A stretch of 45,478 bases of DNA from Jimgerdemannia flammicorona (lineage: Eukaryota), in contig RBNJ01000060.1 in NCBI GenBank assembly GCA_003990765.1, positions 1 through 45,478 on the forward strand. The letters are read 5' to 3'. This document shows positions 1 to 12,213 of the stretch, in pieces. Position 1 is the stretch's first letter; each line of letters starts with the position of its first letter. The translations under genes were made by a program, and so were the position numbers. The notes below the pieces were generated by a model that had not been told where the DNA came from, ran no database searches, and saw only the letters and a program-made list of their open reading frames with translations.

Positions 1-113
1 TTTTTTTTTTTTTTTTTAGTAGAATAATTTTTTATGATTTCTTTTTATTTTTATAAAATTTTAGATACAGTTGTTTTTTGCAGCTGAATTTGGCTGAAAT
101 ACTATCTAAGAGA

Positions 114-568
114 AGTATGTTAGAGTCTCAGACTTCAGAGATCTCTCAGCCCACTGTATCAATGCACTAGAAGCCAGAGTGGCTACAGAAGTCCAGTCTA
201 CTATTACCCTCAATAATGATGAAGTAGAAGACTTCTGACATCTCATCCTTCAGGACAACTCAGACCAATTTCTACAAGAATTGATCTCAGTATTCCAAGG
301 CCCAAGTATCCAGGTTAGATCTCTCCAAAACCCCACATTTGTTTCCTATTTTATGAAAGAGAACCTCATAGACTGAAGAGTACTAGACCTTCTTATTCCC
401 ACCACCACTGAATATGATGACATTATCAGCGATGACATCATCTTATGTGATATACATGAAACATATAACCTACATAATGACAATAAATTTGCAGACCTCA
501 TCTCCTTTGAAGACATCCTGACCTCTGATGAGGATGAAGCCCCTATGGTCTTGAACATTCTGCTCTAA
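114..568 (+). pseudogene. C-terminal part of the family-A LTR-encoded accessory ORF
   Basis: Reads YVRVSDFRDLS...DLISFEDILTSDEDEAPMVLNILL*, matching the ORF ends at 11727 and 18913. Contains in-frame TGA stops. Confidence 0.75.
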
Positions 569-958
569 AGTTCTTTGGTAATACTGAATTATACCAGCAC
601 TGGCATTCTGATGTGATACTGAATTATTCTAGCACTATTTTCCTATACTACCGAAATTATACCAGTATCCTGAATCTATACAACCATCAGTGCTAACTCT
701 GAAACTTAGCAGTTTTTTCTGTCCTAGCATTTTATTTTAGTTATTGGAATTTATATTTAGCTTTATGTCTTAGCAATCATTGAATTATATTTTGTATAAA
801 TACTCCTCTTATTTCTTCTGAAATAAAGTCAGTTCCTCTTAGTACAATATATACACTTCCTTGCAAGCAATCTAAGAGATAACAAGACAGTTTAAAGATA
901 AGAAGTTTGAGAACCATAAGATCTTGGGAAGGTACTCTAATAAGAACTTGCTTATAAC

Positions 959-1529
959 TAGTGCTCCGAACGAGTCAATCCGGATGGGATTCGGATGGAT
1001 TCGAATCAACCATTGTTTTGATTTCCAAATTAGACAATTAAATGTTTACATCAATAACTTGATGAATAATAATCCAAATTTGATGATCTTGGTGTCATTT
1101 GAAGGCCCTTAATAAGGCCTTTCTAATGATACCAAGAATATTAAAATCGGATTACATGTTGCCGAGATATTAAGGAAAACGTTCCATTTGACGAAATTTC
1201 CAAAATCGGCAAATCAAAGAATTTCCAAAATCGGCGATTCAGACAGTTTCCTTCATAACACAGCAACGCATGATCCGATTTCAATGTTCTTGGTATCATT
1301 AGATAGGCTTTATTAAGGGCTTTCAAATGACACCAAGATCATCAAATTTGGATGATTATTCATCAAGTTATTGATGTAAACATTTTATTGTCTAATTTGG
1401 AAATCAAAACAATGGTTGATTCGAATCCATCCGGATGGGATTCGAATCCCATCCAAGTTGATCCGGATGAGATTCAATCCGAATCAATCCGAATCCAATC
1501 TGGATTAAATTGACTCGTTAGGAGCACTA
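959..1529. mobile_element. Non-autonomous hAT-type MITE (571 bp)
   Basis: TIRs tagtgctccgaacgagtcaat / attgactcgttaggagcacta. 8-bp TSD cttataac at 951-958 and 1530-1537. Paralogous LTRs (~12074, ~19263) show the empty site. The TIR matches that of the hAT at 39111-45321. Confidence 0.95.
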
Positions 1530-1899
1530 CTTATAACAAACTTAAGTTAGTCTAAGAGATACACCTTAAAGAGAATCTGACATATTTGAAGGACTCAGTG
1601 ACTACTATGTGACAATATATAATTAAAGATAATATTAGTAGTAATAGTCTATCTTCAATTTAAGAATAGAAAAGTCTATTATTTAGTAAAAATGACAATT
1701 TAAATCAAGAGAAAAGATAATTGTTCAGAGAGAATAACAATTTAATTCAAGATTAGAGAAACCTATCTACTATATTAGAGTTCAGCAAAGATTATATTAT
1801 CTATGAACCAACTAGTGATCAGATTATCAATAGTAAGAAAGTACTTATATAGTATAATGAATTTATTTCTAAACTCAGATGGATACTTATAACTGATAT

Positions 1900-3241
1900 A
1901 AACAATCCTTTATATCTTTAGAAGAATAATAGAGAAATTGAGCTTATTAATCTATTGTTTCAAAGTAGAAATATATTCTGAAAGATTGCAGATAAAAGAA
2001 TTTTAATAGCAAATGAGCTCCTCCAGTTCACAAACTCAAGAGAGATGATAAAACATTTAGATATATATAGTAGTCAAAAATAGAATTAAATAGTTAATGT
2101 TTCTGTTAAATGGATGAATATTTTGTAATTCTCTTTTTCAAATTAGCTCTTTAATTATAAAGTTTTTAATATCACTCATATATCTGAAACTTAGACTGGT
2201 GAATATGTACTATTCTATCAAGATTTATTTACTATTCTGTATAAACTGATATCAAATACTCTGTTTAAAGACAATATGAAATTTAAAGCAGAGAAACACT
2301 ATACTGTAGATAGTATATAAAAGTACTCTGAGATATATTGGAGTGATTTTTTGTAGTAAACACAGGTAAAATAATAATTAATTTTAGATTAGTTAGTTTA
2401 TAGACTATAATTCTTTTTCCAAACTATAAGAGAAACCTCCACTTGATATAACAGTAATTCTGGTATTACTTGAAATTGACCAAATATATTGTGATCTATT
2501 TGGATATACTAAATATATCTGCTATACATATCTATTGACAATTTCTCTAAATATATTTGGTAAATATACTTATGAAATATATTCTCAGTAATTATATATT
2601 TTCTGATTATTGAAGGAACTTTCAAGAAGACTAAAAAGAACTCCTTTTATAAAGCAAAAGAAGTTCTATATTATAGATATATGTCATGGATACTTGGCAG
2701 ACTATCTGTAGTAGAGAAAAGATAATATTTGTAATTATAAAATTATTTTGATAAAAATTTTATTTGATAGCTAATTATGAACATATTTTGTAGTAGTATT
2801 ATTATATATAAACTAGATAGCAAACTTCATAATTATTATCCAGTAGTTATGTCCTTCATGGTCAATTATCCAGAAGTATATTTAATCTACCTGATCTGTA
2901 TGAATAAAGTCTACTCAAAATGTATGACTTCTTGCTTAAAATTTTTATACCTTAATAAGATATATTCTCTATGAATAGCTCCTAAAATATAGAGGGTAGT
3001 TGTAAATATACAGATTTACCATTCAAAAGATAAATATAAAATAGCTGAGAAGAGTCTTCAAGAGTATAGATTGTGGGGACTAACTATATATATTAATTTT
3101 ACTTATTCTTGAATAAATATTTTTTACTAACAATTATATCATTTGTCAACTAAACTCTAGAATATACTATGGAAACTACCTCTTATAAATATTTATTCAA
3201 TAATTATATCTAATATACTTTATTAAGTAAAAAAAGATATC
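1900..3241 (+). pseudogene. Plavaka-type transposase relic, 5' part
   Basis: Degenerate translation gives Plavaka-like motifs in the expected order: ITVILVLLEIDQIY..LFG (cf. ATVIPVILSSDKT), YLLYISIDNFSKYI (cf. YPVYLTIGNIPK.IR), LYYRYMSWIL (cf. LFH.CM..IL), YYPVVMSFMVNYPEVYLI...VYSKC (cf. YP....ADYPEQ.L....CPKC), IISNILY*VKKDI (cf. PDILHQL.KG). Most deviations are explicable as C->T/G->A changes. The start is approximate. Confidence 0.75.
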
Positions 3242-3370
3242 TTTTTTTTTTTTTTTTTTTTTTTTTATAGTCACTTAGACTTCTCTTTATTACTGCCTTC
3301 TATAATAATAATGATACAATATCACCCCATCCCTTCAACCAATACTCCTTGGCTCCACTCCTCTCTCCTC

Positions 3371-6300
3371 TATACCCCTCTATTGGAGGACAACTCAGTC
3401 ACCCACTATCTAAATCCTCCCACCACTTTTCTGAGAGATATACTGTACCAACCCTCTGTGACTCCCCCCATCTGGCCCCCACCCTCGCCACCAGCCATTC
3501 AAAATATCCAGTAATAACCATTCCCAATGTGCCACCCTATCCTCAACCCCAACCTGCTGGCCCTTCTCAAATACATGTATCCAATGCCCAGCCATCCCCA
3601 TCCATATGGCCAGAGTCCAACCAAGGGTCAGCTATTTATCTTCTACCCCTCCAACCAGCCTTCAGCAGAGCTCTCCCCATCTCCCCCCTTCCCCTCTCTC
3701 TAGGGCTTACAGCCCTAGATGGTCTGTGATATACCACCAAAACACCCCTAAGATATCACACTTGCTAAGCCAATGTTCAAGCATTTATATCACTTCTCCT
3801 TCCTGTCTAACATCGAAGCACTCCTCACACTCAAACATGCCACTGGCTACCAAGTGCCCAGACCGATAGTTCAATATCACATTCTGCTGTAGAACTCACC
3901 ACCATACCACCCAGAACTTGAGAAGCAACTACTGTATCACTCACTTGCTTCAAAGCCAGAGACCATTTCAGTTCCACTCCTTACCAATATCAACCCTCTG
4001 CCAGGCTTTAGGCCAAAGATCTCCACCCAAACCCTACAAACACTCTATACCATTACCAAGCTGGAAGTCCTCCACCAAAGCACTGCCCAGCAATAGCCTG
4101 TCTCATCACCACATCTGCAGTCCCCAAACCTCCTCTCCTTCATCACCCCTCTACTGAAGACTAATTCTCCTAGCCCCATCCACCACTCTCCACCAAAAGC
4201 CCATATACTACATCCTTCTGTTTCCATCTATGGCCACCATCGCAAGCAGGTCACCAGAGGCTCCACAAGGGGAATACTGGGTCTCCCACACTCTCTGCAT
4301 GAGTGGCATCCACTCTCAGCCCCTCAGCTTGCTTGCCCTTCTCAGCCACCAGGCTCTCAAGCAGTGAAGCCATTTAGTAAAGTCCACTAGCCCCAGCCCA
4401 CCTCTTTCCACTAATAGGGTAAGAACCTCCCAGCCTATCTGACTCCACCACCCTCCCCAGATCCACGATCTCACTATCTTCAACAGCCCCTTGACCACCC
4501 AAGCTGGGAAGTTCAGATGATATCCCACATACCACAGCTTCAGTATCCAATATACATTCAGCACTATCACCCTTCCTGCCAAGGATATATACTGACCACT
4601 CCAATGCAGAAGCACATTTCCCCACTCTAGAAGTCATTGGTCCCACCATGCATAGGGGAGAAGTGACCCAAATACCAAGAAGTAGATCTCCAAGTAATGC
4701 ACTGGCTCTCCTGTCAGCACCACTGTCCCAATCACATTACCACTAATGATTCCACTACCTAGTACCAGAGTCTCACATGTGTCCCAATTGAGTTTAGTAT
4801 CAGATCCCCTCTCATACTATTCAACTGACCTTTGTAGCTCCCCCACATCTGCCAATGAGCCCAGTCTAACCACCATATCATCTGCAAAGGCCCCCACCTT
4901 CCAATTTATTCCTAGAATATCCAAACCCCCAATTTGATGCTAGATTCTGTCCAGTAGGGGCTCCAGGGAGAGGGTATATAAGATGGGTGACAGAGGGTCC
5001 CCTTGTGGCACCCTACAACCAAGAGGAAAGACTACCCCCCTATGGCTATTAACTACTAAGGCTGCCTGACTGTTTTCCAAAAGACCAATCAATGACCTGC
5101 AGAACCCTGGGGGAACACTAATCCATTTCAACACTCTCTCTAACCAGATCCTCCTCACTCTATCATATTCCTTCTCCTGATCCAAAAAGACCAATTGGCC
5201 ATCTACCCCTATAGTCCAGGTTCTTTCAATCACACCATATACCCAAGTCATCCCATTACAGATCAACTGACCACTGACAAATCCTTGTTGCTCCACACCA
5301 AGCACTTGCTGAGTGATTTCCTACAGCCTCAACACCAATATCTTGGTTACCAGCTTGTGGTCCATGTCGAGCAGCATGATAGGCTACCAGTTCTTTCAAT
5401 CTTCCCATCTTCTCTTATTCTTATAGAGCAAGGAGACCAGCCCTAGGTGCTGGCCCCCAATCCAAGTTCCAGACCAAAGAACCTCACCACACATATCTGT
5501 CATTTCCACCAGTACCTTGCCCACCCCAGCCATCTTCTTCCAAAAGTCCCAGGGAAGTTCATCCTCCTCTGGAGCTATCCCCTTACTCATTGTAGCCAAA
5601 ATCTTGCAAATTTCCTCTCCACTCATCAGGTCCCCCAAAGACCCCAGGCCCATAGCTGGGTCTGGATACCAATCTTCCAGCTGCCTCTCAATGGTCAAAG
5701 CATCCTCCCCCCCTTCCTTCTCACTCTACAGATTCTCCCAACAGGTCCTCAGCAATCCCAGAATTGCCAGAGTCCCCACCACTATCTCTCCATCCACACC
5801 CAGTATGCTATCCCACTACTGCTTCATTTGTCACACTTGTAACATCTGTAATAAAAACCTAGTAGGCCTCTCTCCCTCCTCAAGCCCCTGCTATCACAGC
5901 TGTGCCACCATCCCCTTCAGCCTAACCTCCTCCTCTCTTTGTAATACTTCCTTAAGCTCCATAACTTCCTTCTAGATTCTCACAATACACCAGTCAGTCA
6001 CCTCCTAATCCTCTAGCACCCCTGCCCATCTCCCTATGAGTATCACCAATCACCACAAGGCCCATAGTACTCTCTGTCATTATTGGGCACATCTCTCTTT
6101 CTCTACTTCCCTCTAGTACTCCTAAGCACTCACCTTCAGCCTTCTCCAGCAGTCTCCAATTACCAAGTCCTGGTCCCACCACCTCTCAATATTCCCAATA
6201 ACCCCCTTTTCCTAGTCTGCCCACAAAACCTCATCCTCCAATAAAGAAGAATTGAGTCACCAATGTCCAGGCCCATCCCCACTTCCCCCAAACCTCCTCC

Positions 6301-6997
6301 CTCCCAATAGACCCCAGTGATCTGACCATGGACACCAAACTACCTCCAGCATTGTCCAGACATCTACTCTTCAGCAATCCACCATCAATATCCAGTCAAT
6401 TCTTGAGCCCAGCCCTGCTGCCTAGTGAGTATAAATGTGATGATTATTCCAAAACCATCTCCCTGAATCAATCAAAGAACTCAACCTCTCCACCTCCAAT
6501 CAGTTTTCCAACCCACCACTTCTGCTCCTCATTCCTCTCCCTCCATCTATCCTGTTCTTCTCCTTATTCTGTACCATATTGAAGTCACCCCCCAGGCAGT
6601 CTAACCCAACCTTGCCCAAGACACTGGCCTCTTTCAAACTACAAATCCAATCCACCCATTCCCCTCTCTCTGCCAGGCAGTAATATGACCCCACTGTCAA
6701 TGGGCTCCATCTAGGCCTCTTCCACACTCCACACACCAACTGAGACCCCCAATGTCCAATGTTCCCAATGTCTCCCATCCCTTTTCAAACAAGGATACCC
6801 ACCCTCCCCATCCATACCACAGCCCTCCCCCAATCTCTAGTCCAATCCTATAAGTCCACATCTATCTCATAATGAATATCCTGCAGCAAGAAGAGATCTG
6901 CATCCAGTCCCTTTAGTCATCCAAATATGTACCTCCTCCTAGCCACCCTCTGTAACCCATTTATATTCAAAGAGAATATTCTAGTTGTACTGTTCAT
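3371..6997 (-). pseudogene. LINE ORF2 (APE endonuclease, reverse transcriptase, Zn knuckle)
   Basis: Starts MNSTTRIFSLNINGL...DLFLLQDIH. Later motifs: GGDFN, QQGFV, LDQEKEYDRV, VPQGDPLSPILY, FADD, GGLGL, CEEC...EHWLSKC. Many stops and frameshifts. The 3' end is approximate. Confidence 0.92.
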
Positions 6998-7028
6998 ATT
7001 GAAAAATGTTTGAATTTGAGATCCCAGC

Positions 7029-8871
7029 CTAGTATTCCATGCTCATCTTATCCCCAGCCAGATCCAAGCACCACTCAGCTTCCAAGTCACCCTCCACAAC
7101 AGTCTGAGCATCCAATGCCTCTAAGATTTCCTGATATTCCACCCCATCCACCACCTCTATCTCTGACCAGTAGTCAGTGCAGACTGCCCTGCACTTCTCC
7201 AATCCCTTTCTCGAGCCCCACAAGTATGCTGCCCAGTCATTCACAATTTCCCGAAGTTTCTCCTCCCTCTGATCCTTGATATTCAATGGACTCCAAAAGA
7301 ACTGCCAGGATCTCATTCCTCACCTTCCTCAGTACCTCCTCACCCTGAAGGATTTTCTTCCAATATCTCTCTTCTATCACCCAGAAGTCCTCTCCCCCTA
7401 GCTCCTCTGCTGCCACCCCTTCCAGAGTCTTCTACAGCCACTTCTCCTCATCCACTGCCTCTGCCACACCTTGGGCAACCTGACCCCCACTCACCTCTGG
7501 GTCCACCAAAGTGCTCCTCCTCACTGACTCATCCCACTCCTTATCTGGTATATCCAGCAACTCCTCCTCCCCCCCTGCCCCACCCAGGACACTATACTGA
7601 GGGTGCATCCCTTCGTTCATTTCTGTATCTGTCTCCACACCACCCACCTTCTCCTCTCTCAATCTATCCTATGCCCCACCTTGGGTCACCCCACTTCCCC
7701 CTGCCCAGGCACTCTCCCATGAACCTGCTTTCCCATCCTCTGTACTGCTGCCTGCCCCACTGCTACCCAGCTTCACCAGCAGCTCCTTCTGGATTTTCCT
7801 CTCCTGTATCTTCTCCCAGGTCACCCAATCCATCCTAACCCTCTTCCCATTGACCACTTCCACCACCATCCTGGCCTCATACTCCTTCCAAGCCAATCTT
7901 CTTCTCTTGACTGCTCCTTCTAGGTCCTCTAGAGCCTCGAGCAAGTCTTCCTCCTCTTCCAGAGTCCCCTTCACCCTCGTGACCTTGCACTCTATCTGTC
8001 TCCACTTCAGAGTTACCGGCCAGTCCCTCATCTTCCCTATGTTCTCCTTTCCAGCCAGCCTCACCTGGATGTCAACATCACTAGTTTGAAGCTCTATACC
8101 CTCCCAGACCTTGAACCTAACATCCGCAATCTCTCCATACTCCTTGACTACCTCTACAATCAACTCCCTAGCCCTCTCTCTCAATACTGTAGGAAGATCC
8201 AACACCATCAACTGCACTACTCGGGGGTCCCAGTGCATGTACCTGGCTATAGGGACCACAACCCCACCCACTATCACCCCCTTCTCCATAGCTGCCAGCA
8301 ATACTTCTTCTTCCTCAAACCCTACCTTGACCCCTTCTTTCCCCTTCAAAAACTTCACTGATACTGCCCTTTTTGCCTCCTATACCATCAGCCCTAAGAT
8401 CATCCTTACAGTCACCACCAAGTCTCTGAAACACATTGTGACAGTGAATTCAGACCTCAATTTCTTAAGTAATGATGCCAACACCATGCCCATCACTCTA
8501 TCTGCCAGGTCCCTGGGCCTCATGCCCACCCCCTGTCTTGAACCAGCAACTGCCATCATATCTAGATTTTTTGCCAGATCTCTAGTCACAGCCCCATCAA
8601 CAGTTACATCTCCAGCCCCTACTTCCCCCTCTCTCCTACCACTGGACACTCCCCTGGGTACTTCTCCCTGTCCCCCAGCAGCAGCCATCCATGTCTTCCC
8701 CAGACCCAGCCAACCATCCAGGCCAGAGGCCATTCTCCCCATCTTGACCATGTCAGCAAAGGTTGACCTCTCTCCTTCTCTCTGCCTCAGGCTATTCCTC
8801 CCTCTACCACCAGAGCCTTGGCTAGCCATCAAGGCCCCTGGTATCTCCAAACCATCTCTCCTCCTCCCCAC
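7029..8871 (-). pseudogene. LINE ORF1 (RRM-like nucleic-acid-binding protein)
   Basis: Fragmented ORFs 8380-8871, 7669-8358, 7432-7662 and 7029-7316 lie directly upstream of ORF2. The segment VVQLMVLDLP...LIVEVVKEYGEIADV has the RRM-like pattern of L1/Tx1 ORF1. Confidence 0.75.
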
Positions 8872-9043
8872 TTGCTGCCAGCCAAAGGCACCACTGCCCC
8901 TCTGGCCAGTATACTCATCAGATCGATCGTTGCCATCTATGTTGATAGTTGTCTACTATCAAAAACATTGTGAGAAGTGTTGTCTGAGTCTTGTATCACC
9001 TGAATGTTACCAGTGAAAGGTCCTGAGTAAAAAAAAGATATCT

Positions 9044-9760
9044 AGAAACATCTGGTCAATCTAACTCGTAATCTTATGTAGATGCATATATGATAAACCT
9101 ACTTATACTAAAGCTAGATCTCTATATTTAGCTTGTTCCTTAATATCTTGAGCTCAAAAAATTCTCTACTAGAATTTCAATCTTAGTTAAATAACTGCAG
9201 CTAAATATCAACAACTGATATATATAAGTATTTTATATATTATGATAAGTTTATAAACTATTTGTAAACTCTTCAACAAAAAAAAAAAACTTTTAAAAGA
9301 TATTTCTTATATACATGAGAGGAATTTTCAAATTACTTAGTGTTGTCAAATATCTCATAATATTTATTGAGTGATACTTCTATACCTCATTACTAGTCTA
9401 GACTGAAAAAATACTTACAGATCAAGATATACTATTATCTCAATTCAATAAACTAAAAGAGCAGTTTACAGAGATCTTATAACTTTGAAAAACTCCACTC
9501 TTTGTAGCATATTTCTGAGTTAACTCAAATATTTAATATACTAGATAATACTGATACAGAGATAACTAAACATCAATATTATATAAAAGTTAAGATACTA
9601 TATTGACAAATGAATAAATATGATCCTCTTTCTCAAGTTGTCAAGTTTGTAGAGTACTGAACAATACTTGAGAACAAGCTTAATTATATTATAACTAGTA
9701 AGTTTATAGATACCTCAAGCTCACCAATAACTGAGAAATACTGATATCTGAGTGTTAGCA
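9044..9760 (+). pseudogene. Plavaka-type transposase relic, 3' part
   Basis: Continues across the LINE TSD as VKKDI*KHLVNL, then LDLYI*LVP*YLELKKFSTRIS...ITAAKYQQL (cf. +D.R...+P...GL+.F..GIS.L...TA.E). The end is approximate. Confidence 0.7.
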
Positions 9761-10667
9761 TTCCTGATGGTATACTCTATATTAAAATTATTTGAGCTAT
9801 GTGATCTCAAACTTACCACTCAGACATTTATCTATAATCTCTAGTTTGTATCTAGAAATAGATATCATTATTGAGTAAATAGAAGAATCTTTCTAAACTT
9901 TCAAATCCAATAGTAAGTTATTTATACTAAGCTAGCCCATGAATTTTTTGTGATATTTCTAATATCTTTTCTTGGTCTCTGTAGATTAATGTCTTTACTA
10001 CTTTATTAATTACAGTTTATGATCCATTTGCAGATACAAAATTAGATTTAGCTATATTTTGCCAACTTATCCACTATAAGCAATAGTTTCATAAAAGTTT
10101 ATAATATGACTAAATAGTATTGTATAATCTCACAGACAAGCAGTTTGAGATAAGATAAAGTATAGATAAATAGCTTTTTGCCTAAGTTTGCCTTTTCTTA
10201 AAATTGAGCAAGATTGCCAAGTTTATTAACTTATATACTTAGAGTAGTATAATATAGTAGATATTGAGGATTCTAGTATAAAAAATATAGTCTCTTATAA
10301 TTGTGAGACAGAAATAACTATCACTATATAAACTAGATAGTTTAATATTATATCTGTAGATATAATTATTCATAGTATATATACAACCTTTGTTTGAGAA
10401 ATATGATTTAATAAGAAAGAACTTAGTAGATAGATTAAATATATATTTTTTTCATTTATATTTAGTAAATAAGTATACAGATTATATATTATAGGCGGAA
10501 TTTTTTTATATATATTTTATTTATAAATATATAGTTAGACTAAATAGTCAAGTATACAGACTGAAAATATAGTCATATAAACTTAGTATAACTTACAATT
10601 ATGATCAGTTTTTATTTGAGGAGTGTGCAGTAGCATTAAGAGTATATTTCAATAGTGAATTATATAT

Positions 10668-12158
10668 TGTAATAGTGACTCCAGAATGATAACATCAGTA
10701 CAGGAGACAGTCTTTCCTTGCAAGCCACCAGATTGGAGCACAAGAAGATCATACAATATATGAGATGAGCAATGATGACCAACTGTGAGTTATTGTGACC
10801 CTAGTTGAGTATCTTGAGAAATATAAAAGAAGGATCAAGGAACTATAGTAGCAGCAATCAATAAGACCCACCAATCTCAAAATAGCTCAAAGACTTACTA
10901 CAAACAAAATGCCTACTGCTTACCAAACCTCAAGGTCAAGGAACCACCAAGGCATCTCAGTTGAAGAAAGGATGTTCAAAGACATCAGAAGAGCCATGAG
11001 GACCTGCTCAAGAAGGACTCCTAGTATCAATCTGGATACTGATGACTCTTATCATTATATTCTCTACTACTATGAAATAGAAATAAGGATTACCATTGCT
11101 ACTGAATATCTCCAAATATGACAGGAGTATGAAATAGAAAACCTCCTCTGCTGAGAGTTCCCACAGGCCAGCCCTCAGGAGCTACAAGATACCACTCCCA
11201 TGGATATATGAGAGACAAGGACAGCTAAGAAGATCCATCAGATCTTCAGACATACACCATGGTCAATTCTCACCTTAGAGTATGTTAGAGTCTCAGACTT
11301 CAGAGATCTGTCATCCTGCCATATCAATGTACTAGAAACCAGGGTAGCTATAGAAGCCCAGTCCACTATCACTCTCAATAGTGATGAAGTAGAAGACTTC
11401 TGGCATCTCATTCTCCAGGACAACCCAGATCAATTCCTGCAAGAATTGATCTCAGTATTTCAAGGCCCAAGCATCCAGATTAGGCCTCCCCAAGACTCCA
11501 TATTTGTTCCCTATTTTGTAGAAGAGAACCTCATAGATTGGAGAGCCCTCAATTTTGCTGCTACTGAATATGATGATGTCATTGATAATGACATCATCCC
11601 ATGCAACATCAAAGCATGCAAAATGTATGATCTATGTGATAATGATGAATTCATGGATCTCATCTCCTTTGAAGACATCCTGACCTCTGATGATAAAGCC
11701 CCTATGGTCATGAACATTCTACTTTAAGTCTCTTTATATAATACTGAATAATGCTAGCACTGGTATTTTGATGTAATACTGAATTATACCAGTATCCTGA
11801 ATCTGTACAACCATCAGTGCTGACCCTGGAACTTAGCAGTTTTCCTGTCCTGGTATTTTATTTTAATTATTGAAATTTATATTTAGCTTTATATCTTAGC
11901 AATTATTGAATTATATTTTGTATAAATACTCCTCTTATTTCCTCTAAAATAAAGTCAGTTCTGGTTCACTTATACATAATCTCTTACAGGCAATCTAAGA
12001 GATAACAAGACAGTTTAAAGATAAGAAGTTTGAGGACTATAAGATCTTGGGAAGGTACTCTAATAAGAACTTGCTCATAATAAACTTGAGTTAGTCTAAG
12101 AGATATATATTGAAGAGAATCTGATATATTTGAAGGACTCAGCAACTACTACATAACA
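10668..12158 (+). repeat. 5' LTR of element A
   Basis: TGTAAT...AACA, a direct repeat of 17854-19347. TATA-like tataaata at 11921 and AATAAA at 11948. Confidence 0.95.
10672..11727 (+). pseudogene. LTR(U3)-encoded accessory ORF, 5' LTR copy
   Basis: One uninterrupted frame containing the ORF-track pieces 10909-11121 and 11446-11727. Internal stops are TGA/TAA/TAG, nearly all at positions explicable from CGA/CAA/CAG/TGG. Confidence 0.7.
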
Positions 12159-12161
12159 ACT

Positions 12162-12177
12162 TGGTGCCATTGGCTGG
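12162..12177 (+). promoter_or_regulatory. Putative primer-binding site of element A
   Basis: TGGtgccattggctgg begins 3 nt after the LTR end, and an almost identical sequence follows the 5' LTR of element B. The priming tRNA was not identified. Confidence 0.7.
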
Positions 12178-12213
12178 TGATTCAAGATGAATCCCTCACT
12201 TTCAAGCTGAAAA

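Larger units (their letters stand above)
114..1614 (+). repeat. 5'-truncated solo or 3' LTR of Gypsy family A, interrupted by a MITE
   Basis: Colinear with 11278-12158 and the equivalent part of 17854-19347. Ends in ...actatgtgaCA at 1614 and is followed by atat, with no PBS after it. The left boundary is approximate. Confidence 0.9.
3243..9025 (-). mobile_element. Full-length non-LTR retrotransposon (L1/Tx1-like LINE), degenerate
   Basis: Poly(A) tail seen as a T run at ~3242-3266. TSD agt(a)7-8gatatct at 3226-3242 and 9026-9043. Two-ORF layout with APE endonuclease, RT and C-terminal Cys/His motif. Confidence 0.93.

Noticed and set aside
1-113. Poly-T and AT-rich sequence at the window start (also 45440-45478)
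   Set aside because: Could be retroposon tails or contig ends at homopolymers. No attached element can be identified.
924-1326. Short ORFs overlapping the MITE
   Set aside because: They are chance ORFs in a non-coding palindromic element.
8111-9016. 301-aa plus-strand ORF and other Ser/Pro/Thr-rich plus-strand ORFs in 3311-9016
   Set aside because: These are antisense shadows of the purine-rich LINE ORF1/ORF2, with low-complexity products and no recognisable motifs.
9780-10660. AT-rich stretch that may be another decayed gene (also 19348-20600 and 38538-39110)
   Set aside because: Too degraded for me to recognise motifs, so no assignment is supported.
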